The position numbers were made by a program, and so were the translations under genes. Source: Candidatus Zambryskiibacteriota bacterium (GTDB lineage Bacteria > Patescibacteriota > Minisyncoccia > Phycocordibacterales > WO2-35-19). From it: a stretch of DNA of 64,000 nucleotides. Location of the stretch: assembly GCA_048499675.1 (NCBI GenBank), contig JASNZL010000004.1, forward strand, positions 28,463 to 92,462, written 5' to 3'. Shown here piece by piece: positions 30,683 through 40,850 of this stretch (position 1 is the stretch's first letter; each line of letters opens with the position of its first letter). The notes below the pieces were generated by a model. The model worked only from the letters and a program-made list of their open reading frames with translations, searched no databases and was not told the origin of the DNA.

Positions 30683-31984
30683 TTACTGGTTATTACCTTT
30701 TATAAAGTCCTTAATTTCTAGAACATTTCCAGAAAATTCTTCGCGAGTTTTTGTATTTCTAATTGTAAATTTACCACTTTCTAATTCACTAGATCCCACA
30801 GTAATAACAAAAGGAACATTCCTTTTATCTAAACTTTTTAGCTGATCAGCTAATTTTCTTCCCGATATGTCTACCATAACATTCAAATTTTGTTCTCTAA
30901 AACTAGAAGCTATTTTGTAAACTTCTTCGATATTTGTTTCAGGAACAGTACATATGTATAGGTCTGTTGTTGACCTTTTATTAGGTAACAAATTATGAGT
31001 TGTTAGGAAATCTTTTATGGTCACATCGCCCATACCAAAACCAATAGCAGGAACCGAGCGATTAGAAAACATCTCTATCAGGTTGTCGTATCTACCACCA
31101 CCAAATAATGATCTTGGATTTTCAGGATTTGTATCAAAAACCTCAAATACTATCCCGGTGTAATAATCAAAACCTCGAGTCAAAGTTCCACTAAAGACGA
31201 TATTCGAAATACCTCGGTCCCTTAGAGTTTGAATTACCTTACCTATGTACTTTGCAGACTCCAATCCTCCCAACATAGAAAATATACCCTCTCCGTAATA
31301 CAGATTTTCAAAAAGACTTGTTGTCTTATCCTCCCCAATCAAATCCTTAATAGAATTTCTAAACTTGTCTTCGGACATCTTTTCTTTCTTATCTATAAGT
31401 CTGAGTAATTCATTTTTGTTAGAATCAGCTATGCCAATTTTTTTGAATAAATCATCCATTAAGGAACGGCTATTTATCTTTATTTGAAAGTCCTCTGGTT
31501 TAGCGCCAAAATTTTTCATAATTTGACTTGCAACCTGTATCACTTCCACATCAGCAGTAAATTCGGATACACCAAAAATATCAACATTTAACTGCCAATG
31601 TTCTCGAAGTCTACCTCTTTGAGGTTTTTCGTATCTAAAAAGGTTTGGTATTGAATACCATCTAATAGGGAAGATAAGTTCCTGTATTTTTTGAGCAACC
31701 ATTCGCGCAACCGTTGGAGTCATTTCTGGCCGGAGTGCAACGCTTCTATCTCCTCTATCTTTAAAAGTATAGATTTGTTCATTTATTATTTCTTCGCTAG
31801 TTTTTGATTTATATAAATCTAGTGGTTCCAAAATAGAAGCATTGTATTCTTCATAACCCCAAGATTCAACTGTTTTCCTCATTATGCCAAAAATATAATT
31901 TTGAACTGATTGATCTTCTGGATAAAAATCTCTGACACCTTTGTAGCTTTCCGTTCCTATTTTGTTTTTGCCGAATCCAAACAT
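30683..31984 (-). CDS. hisS: Histidine--tRNA ligase
   Basis: Class II motifs YKGVRDFYP and ALRPEMT, plus the C-terminal anticodon-binding domain, are present. Confidence 0.9.
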   Translation of the reverse strand: MFGFGKNKIGTESYKGVRDFYPEDQSVQNYIFGIMRKTVESWGYEEYNASILEPLDLYKSKTSEEIINEQIYTFKDRGDRSVALRPEMTPTVARMVAQKIQELIFPIRWYSIPNLFRYEKPQRGRLREHWQLNVDIFGVSEFTADVEVIQVASQIMKNFGAKPEDFQIKINSRSLMDDLFKKIGIADSNKNELLRLIDKKEKMSEDKFRNSIKDLIGEDKTTSLFENLYYGEGIFSMLGGLESAKYIGKVIQTLRDRGISNIVFSGTLTRGFDYYTGIVFEVFDTNPENPRSLFGGGRYDNLIEMFSNRSVPAIGFGMGDVTIKDFLTTHNLLPNKRSTTDLYICTVPETNIEEVYKIASSFREQNLNVMVDISGRKLADQLKSLDKRNVPFVITVGSSELESGKFTIRNTKTREEFSGNVLEIKDFIKGNNQ

Positions 31985-32007
31985 ATGTTGTAAATTATAG
32001 AAGATTT

Positions 32008-33309
32008 ATGAACAAATCACAAGACACAAAAACAGACCAAAATTGGCCATATTTAGTAAACAAGAAAAACCTCTCAAAAATTCCACCCAAAGCTGGGGTT
32101 TATAAATTTTTAGGCAAAAATAATAAAATTCTTTATATTGGCAAAGCTACAAACCTCAAAAGTAGAGTGAGGAGCTATTTCTCTAAAGATCTGGAAGTAA
32201 AAAGAAGTCCGCTTATAAGTAAGATGGTTAATGAGGCAAAAAAGATAAAATATGAGGTTACAGAAACCGTATTAGAGTCTCTTATATTAGAAGCCCATCT
32301 AATAAAAAAATTCACACCGCCCTATAATACCGCAGACAAAGATCAAAAAAGTTTTTATTTTGTAGTCGTTACAAAAAAAAGTTTTCCAAGAATTCTTTTG
32401 GTAAGAGAAAGAGAAATTAAATCTGGAAAACTAAATTTTGAAATTGATGAATATTTTGGACCATACCCGCACGGAAGCGAATTAAAAGAAGCACTCAAAA
32501 TAATAAGGAAGATTTTTCCTTTTAGGGATAAGTGTAGTCCATATACAGAAGATTCAAAAAGCGACATAAAAAAGAAGCCGTGTTTTAATTTTCAAATTGG
32601 TCTATGTCCGGGAGTTTGTATTGGATTAATCAACGAAAAGGAATACGCAAAAACAATCAAAAATATAAAAACTTTTTTTAGAGGAAATAAAAAAAGTTTA
32701 ATAAAAGATCTTGAGAAAGAAATGAAATTGTTGGCTAAGAAAAAGGAATTTGAAAAAGCTTCTATAATAAAAAAGAAAATATTTGCTCTTAATCACATAA
32801 ATGACGTGTCCTTAATTCGCGCGAATAAGGAAGCGAGTATAAATAATTTTAGGATTGAAGCATATGACATCGCACATTTATCCGGCACAAATATGGTTGG
32901 TGTAATGACTGTAATAGAAAATGGGGAAATAAACAAAAAAGAATACAAAATGTTTAAAATAAAAGAGCAGAAGAACACAGACGACACAAAAGCTCTGAGC
33001 GAGATTTTGAGAAGGAGATTCAAACACAATGAATGGAATACACCAAACTTGATTGTTGTAGATGGTGGGGTTGCTCAGCTCAACACAGCAAAAAAAGTCT
33101 TAAAGGAAGCAGAAAAAAATCTTCCAATTGTTGCTGTCACAAAAGACGAGAGACACAAACCAAAAGAAATACTAGGAATTGAAGAATTAAAAAATATAAA
33201 GACTGAAACACTAAAAAACCAAATTCTCCTAGCAAATAGCGAAGCGCACCGATTTGCAATTAAGTATCATAGGAAAAGAAGAGGTAAATCAACTTTTATT
33301 GATGTTTAA
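32008..33309 (+). CDS. uvrC: UvrC-like excinuclease, short form (GIY-YIG, UVR and endonuclease regions) without the C-terminal HhH module
   Basis: GVYKFLGKNNKILYIGKATNLKSRVRSYF is the GIY-YIG motif. The UVR motif EKASIIKKKIFAL is present. The protein is 433 aa against about 600 aa typical. Confidence 0.75.
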   Translation: MNKSQDTKTDQNWPYLVNKKNLSKIPPKAGVYKFLGKNNKILYIGKATNLKSRVRSYFSKDLEVKRSPLISKMVNEAKKIKYEVTETVLESLILEAHLIKKFTPPYNTADKDQKSFYFVVVTKKSFPRILLVREREIKSGKLNFEIDEYFGPYPHGSELKEALKIIRKIFPFRDKCSPYTEDSKSDIKKKPCFNFQIGLCPGVCIGLINEKEYAKTIKNIKTFFRGNKKSLIKDLEKEMKLLAKKKEFEKASIIKKKIFALNHINDVSLIRANKEASINNFRIEAYDIAHLSGTNMVGVMTVIENGEINKKEYKMFKIKEQKNTDDTKALSEILRRRFKHNEWNTPNLIVVDGGVAQLNTAKKVLKEAEKNLPIVAVTKDERHKPKEILGIEELKNIKTETLKNQILLANSEAHRFAIKYHRKRRGKSTFIDV

Positions 33310-33336
33310 TAAATATATTTTGTTATAATAATCAAT

Positions 33337-33714
33337 ATGCATTTTGGCGAACACGTTACAATAGATGGATACGGAGGGAACAAAGATAGACTTAATAACA
33401 AAGAGTTTGTTTTGGAAACTTTAAATGAGCTTCCAGAAAAATTAGGTATGCATAAATTATCCTCACCCGAAATTTACTTCGCAAAAGGAAACGACATAAA
33501 GGACCCAGGTGGTTGGAGTGGTTTTGTTGTGATAGAAGAGAGCCATATAAGCATTCATACTTTTCCGGATAAAGGTTTTTTGAGCGCAGATGTTTACACC
33601 TGCAAAAACGGAATGGATACAGATTATATAATTCAATATTTCAAACAAAAGTTTCTACTTTCTGATATAGAAAGTAATTTTATAATAAGAGGAACAAAAT
33701 ACTCTAAAATCTAA
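33337..33714 (+). CDS. speH: S-adenosylmethionine decarboxylase proenzyme (SpeH-type)
   Basis: VVIEESHISIHTFPDKG contains the E-S self-cleavage site. It is about 125 aa, the class 1b size. Confidence 0.85.
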   Translation: MHFGEHVTIDGYGGNKDRLNNKEFVLETLNELPEKLGMHKLSSPEIYFAKGNDIKDPGGWSGFVVIEESHISIHTFPDKGFLSADVYTCKNGMDTDYIIQYFKQKFLLSDIESNFIIRGTKYSKI

Positions 33715-33722
33715 ACACAACA

Positions 33723-34634
33723 ATGAATTGGTTTTTTATTGCCATACTTGCACCTTTTTTATGGAGTATAAGCAACTTTGTAGATAAATACCTACTTTCA
33801 AGCTTTTTTAAAAATAAGGGAATCGGTGCTCTTTTGATTTTTTCTTCTCTAGTATCAATAATAATGATGCCTATTTTTTTTGTAATGGATAGAAATGTTT
33901 TAGAAATACCATTATCCAATATAATTATTCTTGTACTGGGAGGAATCATAAGTGTACTCGCGATACTATTTTATTTGTATGCAATAAACAAAGATGATGC
34001 ATCCACAGTTGTTCCATTTTTTCAACTAATACCAGTTTTTTTATATATTTTTGGTTATTTTCTTCTTGGCGAATCACTCCAAAAAAACGAGATTATCGCA
34101 GGAATTTTAATTATTATAGGCGCTGGGATACTATCACTAGAAATACAAGAAGATAAAAGTATAAAGATCAAGAAGAAATTAGTTTTCTTAATGATTTTAT
34201 CATCGATGTTGTATGCTTTATACGAGGTATTATTTAAATTTATTGCTATAGAAAATAGTTTTTGGGTTTCAAATTTCTGGCAGCACTTCGGTCTGTTACT
34301 ATCAGGGTTTGTATTTTTTATTTTTTTTAAAAAATTTAGAACAGATTTTATTTCATTGTTTAAAAATAGTAAATCTAAAATAATTAGCTTAAATATATTT
34401 AATGAAATAATTACAATTATAGGAAACTTATTTATGCTTTTTGCAATATTACTAGCACCTATCGCAGTTGTTGGTTTGGTAAATGCCTACCAACCTTTGA
34501 TGGTGTTTGTGATGGGTATACTTCTAACTAAGTTCATACCAAAACTATACAAAGAAAAAATTGATAGTAGAAATATTTACCAAAAAATATTTGCGATTGT
34601 TGTGATATTTATTGGAACTTATTTGCTTTATTAA
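33723..34634 (+). CDS. DMT-superfamily (EamA/RhaT-like) transporter
   Basis: 303 aa with ten TM helices and duplicated EamA domains. Confidence 0.7.
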   Translation: MNWFFIAILAPFLWSISNFVDKYLLSSFFKNKGIGALLIFSSLVSIIMMPIFFVMDRNVLEIPLSNIIILVLGGIISVLAILFYLYAINKDDASTVVPFFQLIPVFLYIFGYFLLGESLQKNEIIAGILIIIGAGILSLEIQEDKSIKIKKKLVFLMILSSMLYALYEVLFKFIAIENSFWVSNFWQHFGLLLSGFVFFIFFKKFRTDFISLFKNSKSKIISLNIFNEIITIIGNLFMLFAILLAPIAVVGLVNAYQPLMVFVMGILLTKFIPKLYKEKIDSRNIYQKIFAIVVIFIGTYLLY

Positions 34635-34637
34635 TAT

Positions 34638-35936
34638 CTAAAGATAACCCCATTTTTTTAGTTTAGATGCATTCTCGTTCACAAAATCTAAACCAATATC
34701 ATTTCTATACATCATTTTTGGTATAGATATTTTTTCAATTCGATTATAAACACTTTCTCTACATTTCTCTACCGTTTTTTCTACTCCCGTGACGTACATA
34801 ACATAGCCTCTATTATCGGATACATAATAATCATCGCTTTCTTTCCTTTTGGATACTTCCTCAAAGTGAATATGTGACATAAAATCTTCATCTTTTTTGT
34901 CAAAATAAATGTTCACATTCTTTAACAAATTTTCTTGCAATCTTGCAACGTAAGGAAATGGGGGTATAGCAACCAAAACAACAATCCCAAATCCTTTATT
35001 CCATTTTAAGTCGTAATCATTACCACTTGCCAGAGCATACAAAAATTCACCCCAAGGAGAAGTGTGTATTTCAGATTGTAGATGCACAATAGGGGAGCCA
35101 ACTCTCGCAGTACATTCTATGGCGGTAGCACCATTTTCGTTTACAATACAGTCAATCTCATAATCACCAACAAAACCTATCTCTCGCAAAAATGGTTCTA
35201 TTTTTTTCAGTGTATCAACATAGAGTTTTCCATTTAAGTTATCGTCATACCAACCCAATGTTCCCATCTCGCTTGTAAGTGGTCCTATATTTCCAGGAAA
35301 AAATCTCGGGTATTCTAGATTGTATTCAATCGGACCAACAAACTCTTTACCGTTGAAATATCTTCCGACCCCAATTTCTATACCAACCACTTTTTCTTGT
35401 AGGGTAATTTTCTCATTTCTAACCACTGGATTAGATAGATAATTTATAAGTAAACTTTTTGCATCTCTACCATCATCGTATTTTGGGACATAATTCAAAA
35501 CTTTTGAATAATGATGATTATTTTGTTTTATTACCCATGGTTTTTTGTTTTCATCTACGTAGTTTATAGCTTCTTTAATGTCATCAAAATCACGGAGTGG
35601 AGATGTTTTGATTTTATACTTGTTAAATATTTCATAACCAAATGATCTATCAAGCTCCACCTTGTCCCCCAACTTACTTCCTCCAAAAACTTTATATCCG
35701 TCTTTTCTTAATTCATCTTGATGGTGTCCGTAACCAACATCATCAAAAATAATCAGACCATCTTTCCCAACCCAATCTAGGCAATTTTTCCAATTATTGG
35801 TTTTTTTAACCATATTAGTAAAATTGCCCCGCCTCCTTTTATCGTCTATAAAGAGCTTTACATCGTGACCCTCCTTGGTCAGCAAATATGCAATATTACC
35901 CCCAATTAAATCATTTGATATAAAAAGTATTCGCAT
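34638..35936 (-). CDS. PurD-like ATP-grasp protein (phosphoribosylamine--glycine ligase homolog)
   Basis: Collinear similarity to PurD runs from the N-terminal Rossmann region (MRILFIS...) through the ATP-grasp and C-domains (EIDCIVNENGATAIECTARVGSP corresponds to IEFNCRFGDPE). Confidence 0.5.
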   Translation of the reverse strand: MRILFISNDLIGGNIAYLLTKEGHDVKLFIDDKRRRGNFTNMVKKTNNWKNCLDWVGKDGLIIFDDVGYGHHQDELRKDGYKVFGGSKLGDKVELDRSFGYEIFNKYKIKTSPLRDFDDIKEAINYVDENKKPWVIKQNNHHYSKVLNYVPKYDDGRDAKSLLINYLSNPVVRNEKITLQEKVVGIEIGVGRYFNGKEFVGPIEYNLEYPRFFPGNIGPLTSEMGTLGWYDDNLNGKLYVDTLKKIEPFLREIGFVGDYEIDCIVNENGATAIECTARVGSPIVHLQSEIHTSPWGEFLYALASGNDYDLKWNKGFGIVVLVAIPPFPYVARLQENLLKNVNIYFDKKDEDFMSHIHFEEVSKRKESDDYYVSDNRGYVMYVTGVEKTVEKCRESVYNRIEKISIPKMMYRNDIGLDFVNENASKLKKWGYL

Positions 35937-36094
35937 TATAATTAAATAAAATATGAAAAATAAAAGAATTGCAATTATTATTATAACATTATGTATATCA
36001 TTATCTTATACATTTTATCAAACTGTGGTCCTTCAAAAAACCGAGGTTGTAAATATGCCAGATAGAGAAATACCTGAGGATTATAATAATACAA

Positions 36095-37762
36095 ATGAAT
36101 AATTTTTTTAATAATTTGCCTTTATGTTTAGACGCTAACCCAGACATATGGGGGTTTTTTGATATAGATATAGCACCACCGCTTTTATTCTATTCATACA
36201 TGCCAATACTAATCATATCTGGCTTGTTGGGATTAATTATCTTTCATAAAAGGGAAGGTTCTCCACTAAATCGTGCATTTTTTGGAATTATGGTTTCTTT
36301 TATGATTTGGGTGGCGCTCATTCTAATCCAATGGACAGCCGTCCATCTTCACATTGTGCATTTTGCTTGGCAAGCATTAATATTTTTTGAGTTAGCTATA
36401 TATTTATTATCTATTTATTTCTGCTATTTCCTGATATACAAAAAGGATTTATCTACTTTTTTAAAAAATATACTATTCCTAATCAGCATGGTCGTAATAG
36501 TCCTTATACCAACAAAGTTAAATATTCAATCCTTTGATATAACTCACTGCGAAGGAGTGGTTGGTAAACTTTGGGACTTACAATATGTATTTGAAGCGAT
36601 AGCCATAATTACAATAGCATCAATGATAATTGATGGATTAATAAGTAGGAAGAATAAAATAAAATCTGAAGAAACAATCATATCGTTTGGAATTATGATT
36701 TTCTTGTTAGTTTTCTTCCTATCGAATTTGTTTGGTGAAATAACAAAATTCTACGACATAAACCTTGTCGGTCCAGTAGGAATGCTTTTCTTGTTTGCGC
36801 TTATGTCGTACGCAATTATTAAATACCAATCTTTAAATATAAAATTTTTTGGTACTCAGATTCTGGTAATAACACAGCTAATTTTTATATCCTCTTTATT
36901 CTTTATACAAAGTATTTACCACTTACAAATAATTGTTGGGGTTACTCTTTTAATAACAGTGCCGTTAGGATTTTTTGTCATCACTTCTGTCAAACGGGAA
37001 ATTGAACAAAGGGAAAAGATTGAAAGATTGGCGATTGATTTGGAAAAGGCAAACGAGAAACTTCAAGAACTTGATCAAATGAAGTCAGAATTCTTATCAC
37101 TTGCAACTCACCAAATCAGGGCACCGCTTACAGCCATAAAAGGTTATGCATCTATGCTTTATGACGGAGATTTTGGTGTACTTCCCGAAAAAGCAAAACA
37201 TTCTTCAGAAGTAATTATAAAATCTACCGAGACACTAATCACTATAGTTAACGATTTTTTGAATATTTCAAGAATAGAACAAGGTCGAATGGTTTATGAT
37301 AAAAGCACTTTCAAACTAAATGAGGTTCTCAAAGAAGTGGTCCTAGAAATTGAACCAAATATATCAAAAGCAAAACTTGAATTAAATTTAAATATAAAAG
37401 AAGGTCCGCAATACGAAGTAACAGCAGATAAGGCAAAAATAAAACAAATCATAGGAAACATAATTGATAATTCAATTAAATACACACAAAAAGGTTTTAT
37501 TCATATCAACTTATTTGAGGAAAAAGATATGTATAAAATTTCTATAAAAGACAGTGGTGTTGGTATAGATTCAAGTGAAATCAACAAACTCTTCACAAAA
37601 TTCTCAAGAACAAAAGATGCAAGTAAAGTAAATGTAATTGGTACTGGTCTTGGATTATATATAGCAAAGAAAATGATAACAGCCCAAGGTGGAGACATAG
37701 AAGTAAAATCAGAAGGACTAGGTAAGGGAACAGAATTCATAATTGACTTTCCAAAGAATTAA
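36095..37762 (+). CDS. Sensor histidine kinase with a multi-TM N-terminal domain (orphan)
   Basis: The HisKA H-box is LATHQIRAPLTAIKGY. The HATPase_c N, G1 and G2 boxes are NIIDNSIKYT, DSGVGI and GTGLGL. No response regulator is adjacent. Confidence 0.85.
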   Translation: MNNFFNNLPLCLDANPDIWGFFDIDIAPPLLFYSYMPILIISGLLGLIIFHKREGSPLNRAFFGIMVSFMIWVALILIQWTAVHLHIVHFAWQALIFFELAIYLLSIYFCYFLIYKKDLSTFLKNILFLISMVVIVLIPTKLNIQSFDITHCEGVVGKLWDLQYVFEAIAIITIASMIIDGLISRKNKIKSEETIISFGIMIFLLVFFLSNLFGEITKFYDINLVGPVGMLFLFALMSYAIIKYQSLNIKFFGTQILVITQLIFISSLFFIQSIYHLQIIVGVTLLITVPLGFFVITSVKREIEQREKIERLAIDLEKANEKLQELDQMKSEFLSLATHQIRAPLTAIKGYASMLYDGDFGVLPEKAKHSSEVIIKSTETLITIVNDFLNISRIEQGRMVYDKSTFKLNEVLKEVVLEIEPNISKAKLELNLNIKEGPQYEVTADKAKIKQIIGNIIDNSIKYTQKGFIHINLFEEKDMYKISIKDSGVGIDSSEINKLFTKFSRTKDASKVNVIGTGLGLYIAKKMITAQGGDIEVKSEGLGKGTEFIIDFPKN

Positions 37763-37809
37763 CTAAAAAGATTAAAGTTTATATTAAACTAAGAATTAAC
37801 ACACAAAAT

Positions 37810-38262
37810 ATGCAAGAAAACATAGATCCGAAATTTTGGGAACAAAAATTAAAAGATGAGGGTTTAGATATCCAAAGAGGGGAACCTGAGGAGGTGCCCA
37901 TAGAAGCAATAGAAGAAAATACTCTACTGAAACATATAGACGAAGAAACAATGAAATCTTTTTCCCTTTTAAGTACCAAGATGCAATCAAATATTATAGA
38001 TTATTTAAAAGAGCAGAAATCCCTAGGAATTGATACCCGAACCGCTTTGGATAAGTTGAAAGAAGTAGTAGAAAAAAGCCTTCTTCTAGAAGGTATGGAT
38101 TCTGAGGATTCAGATAAGAATCATAAACCAGAAAATAATTCCGAGGTAGAACCTGTGATAGAGGAACTAATTGAAGAAACTGTTGATGGTCTTATAAGAA
38201 GATTAGAAAAAATAAGACACAAAGAACCAAATACAGAGAGTGATAATAGGTGGGTAAACTAA
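37810..38262 (+). CDS. Hypothetical acidic protein
   Basis: 150 aa, Glu/Asp-rich, with no domain recognised. Confidence 0.3.
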   Translation: MQENIDPKFWEQKLKDEGLDIQRGEPEEVPIEAIEENTLLKHIDEETMKSFSLLSTKMQSNIIDYLKEQKSLGIDTRTALDKLKEVVEKSLLLEGMDSEDSDKNHKPENNSEVEPVIEELIEETVDGLIRRLEKIRHKEPNTESDNRWVN

Positions 38263-38317
38263 ACATAATTAATGGTTTTTCTACATTTTTGAGATTATAT
38301 TTGGTAGAATACCGTCT

Positions 38318-39955
38318 ATGACTCAAAAAGAGGCGCTGGATATATTGAAAACTGGTAGAAACGTATTCCTGACCGGACAGGCGGGAAGTGGAAAAACTTA
38401 CGTATTAAGGCAATATATAAATCATTTAAAAGAATTAAATGCTTCTTTTGGTGTTACAGCTTCAACGGGAATCGCAGCAACTCATATGGAGGGTATAACA
38501 ATCCACTCTTGGTCTGGAATGGGTATTCGGGATAGTTTGACCAAAAGCGACATTCTAGAAATTGCCGACAAAAGCCACGTAAGAAAAAAAATAAAAGACG
38601 CTAGTGTTTTGATAATAGACGAAGTATCAATGTTGCATCATTACCGAATCGACATTATTGATGCAATAGTGAGAGAAGTAAAAAGTAAAAATGAACCATT
38701 TGGTGGAATGCAGGTAGTTTTTTGTGGTGATTTTTTTCAACTCCCTCCAGTAAGCAGAAGTGGGGAGAGAGAAAGTTTTTTTGCCTATCATTCAGATTCT
38801 TGGAAAAACCTAAATCCAAAAGTTTGTTATCTATCCGAACAGCACAGGCAAAACGACTTAGAATACCTAGAAATTTTAAACTCCATAAGAGGAGCAAACT
38901 TGAGTGAAAAAACAAAAAAATCTTTGATGGATAGATTGGGAATCAAATCAGAATTTTCTCCAACAAGACTTTATACCCACAACATAGATGTAGACAAAGA
39001 AAATAATCTGGAATTAGGGAATATAAGTGGAAAAGTTTTTGAATATGAAATGAGAAGTAAAGGCAACAGAAATCTTGTAGAGTCACTAAAAAAAGGATGT
39101 CTAGCCCCAGAAATTTTAAAACTAAAAGTGGGTGCAAAAGTAATGTTTGTTAAAAATAATTTTGAGGAGGGTTATGTAAACGGAACGGTGGGAATAGTAG
39201 AGAAGTGTGATTACGAAGAGATACAAGTGAGAACAGTTTCTGGCAAACTAATTGATGCAAAAAGAGAATCTTGGGTTCTAGAAGAAGACGGCAAAATAAA
39301 AGCAGAAATAGACCAGTTTCCACTGCGTCTCGCTTGGGCAATTACAATACACAAAAGCCAAGGAATGTCCCTTGACTCTGCAGAAATTGATTTGGGAAAA
39401 GCTTTTGAAAAAGGGATGGGCTATGTGGCACTATCTCGAATTAGGACCCTTAATGGCCTATTTCTAAAAGGAATTAACGACAGGGCTCTGGAGGTAAATG
39501 ATGAGGTTTTGCGCCACGATAAAAAATTTAGGGAACTTTCAGAAAAAAACTCTTTTCATATTAGAACAATGGGAAAACCAAAAATAGAGGAGTTGCACAA
39601 AGAATTTAAAGAAAAAATCAAAAACTCACCAAAAAAAGAGAAAAAGTTAGATACCGTTTCCGAGACCAAAGCACTTCTAGATCAAGGTTTTGGAATAAAA
39701 GAAATAGCAAAAATGAGAAGCCTGAAAGCGGGAACAATATTGGACCATATAGAAGAAATTAAGGATGAAGACCCAAGATACAATATTTATAATTTGAGAA
39801 AAGAGATAGGAGCTACCAAATTTAAAAATATTTACAGTGCTTTCAAAAAAGTAGGCTTGAGTGAGGATGGCAAATTTAGACTAGCCCCCGTAAAAGATCT
39901 ACTTGGTAGCAAATATTCTTACGACGACATTCGCCTCGTCCGATTATTTTTGTAA
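38318..39955 (+). CDS. Pif1/RecD-like superfamily-1B DNA helicase with a C-terminal HTH-like extension
   Basis: Walker A GQAGSGKTY, Walker B LIIDEVSM, the Pif1 signature FCGDFFQLPPV and ITIHKSQG are present. Confidence 0.8.
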   Translation: MTQKEALDILKTGRNVFLTGQAGSGKTYVLRQYINHLKELNASFGVTASTGIAATHMEGITIHSWSGMGIRDSLTKSDILEIADKSHVRKKIKDASVLIIDEVSMLHHYRIDIIDAIVREVKSKNEPFGGMQVVFCGDFFQLPPVSRSGERESFFAYHSDSWKNLNPKVCYLSEQHRQNDLEYLEILNSIRGANLSEKTKKSLMDRLGIKSEFSPTRLYTHNIDVDKENNLELGNISGKVFEYEMRSKGNRNLVESLKKGCLAPEILKLKVGAKVMFVKNNFEEGYVNGTVGIVEKCDYEEIQVRTVSGKLIDAKRESWVLEEDGKIKAEIDQFPLRLAWAITIHKSQGMSLDSAEIDLGKAFEKGMGYVALSRIRTLNGLFLKGINDRALEVNDEVLRHDKKFRELSEKNSFHIRTMGKPKIEELHKEFKEKIKNSPKKEKKLDTVSETKALLDQGFGIKEIAKMRSLKAGTILDHIEEIKDEDPRYNIYNLRKEIGATKFKNIYSAFKKVGLSEDGKFRLAPVKDLLGSKYSYDDIRLVRLFL

Positions 39956-39977
39956 TTAAAAAAGGTATTCTATTCTT

Positions 39978-40838
39978 ATGAAAAATAATATAGAAATATG
40001 GACGGGGGAAATAGGGAGTTACAAACTGCTTGATAGTGGTGAAAGAGAGAAAATAGAAGAAATAGATGGTTTTAGAATTGTTAGACCTGAGCCGAGAGCT
40101 TGGTGGGGGAAAAGTGAAGCTAAGAGCTGGAATCTAGAAGCTAGAGAAAAACAAAAAAACGAATTTGAAACAGTAATTAATCTTGGAATAGGGGACATAA
40201 AAGCAAAAATAAAATACAAAAAAGGATCAAAACACATTGGCATCTTCCCCGAGCAGTTTCCACAATGGAAATGGGTTAAAGAACGAGTTACGAGGTACGA
40301 GGTACGAGGTACGAATAGAAAATTGAAAATTTTGAACCTATTCGGTTATACAGGTATTGCGAGTTTGGTTGCGGGAAGCGCGAGAGCTCTGGTCACTCAT
40401 GTTGACGCTTCAAAACAGAGTGTAGAGTGGGCAAAAGAAAATCAAAAATTATCAGGACTTGAAAACGCTCCCATTAGGTGGATCGTTGACGATGTCTTGA
40501 AATTTTTGAAAAGAGAACTAAGTCGGGGAGTTAAATACGACGCAATAATTATGGACCCCCCAAGTTACGGTAAAGGTCCAAAAGGAGAAGTTTGGAAGGT
40601 TGAGAGTAGTCTGACTCAACTACTTGATCTCTGCAAAAAACTCCTAAGCAATGACCCACAATTTATAATATTAAATATGTATTCAATAGAACTTTCTTCA
40701 ATATCCCTAAGAAATTTACTTGGTGATATTACAAAGGATTTGGGTGGGGAAATAATAAACGGCGAACTCACTCTAAAAGAAGAAGCGGGGGAGAGACTCC
40801 TTCCTTTATCCCTTTTTGCAATTTGGGATAAAAAATAG
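39978..40838 (+). CDS. Class I SAM-dependent RNA methyltransferase (RlmI/RlmK-like). It carries an in-frame copy of a dispersed repeat.
   Basis: The catalytic region AIIMDPPSYGKGPKGEVW and the SAM pocket GYTGIASLVAG are present. A triplicated gaggtac motif encoding RVTRYEVRGTNRK lies at 40282-40337. Confidence 0.7.
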   Translation: MKNNIEIWTGEIGSYKLLDSGEREKIEEIDGFRIVRPEPRAWWGKSEAKSWNLEAREKQKNEFETVINLGIGDIKAKIKYKKGSKHIGIFPEQFPQWKWVKERVTRYEVRGTNRKLKILNLFGYTGIASLVAGSARALVTHVDASKQSVEWAKENQKLSGLENAPIRWIVDDVLKFLKRELSRGVKYDAIIMDPPSYGKGPKGEVWKVESSLTQLLDLCKKLLSNDPQFIILNMYSIELSSISLRNLLGDITKDLGGEIINGELTLKEEAGERLLPLSLFAIWDKK

Positions 40839-40850
40839 TTTAATTAAAGT

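Noticed and set aside
40291-40313. The triplicated gaggtac heptamer as a possible CRISPR or tandem-repeat locus.
   Set aside because: There are only three short units, with no spacers. It is part of the dispersed motif A and lies inside an ORF.
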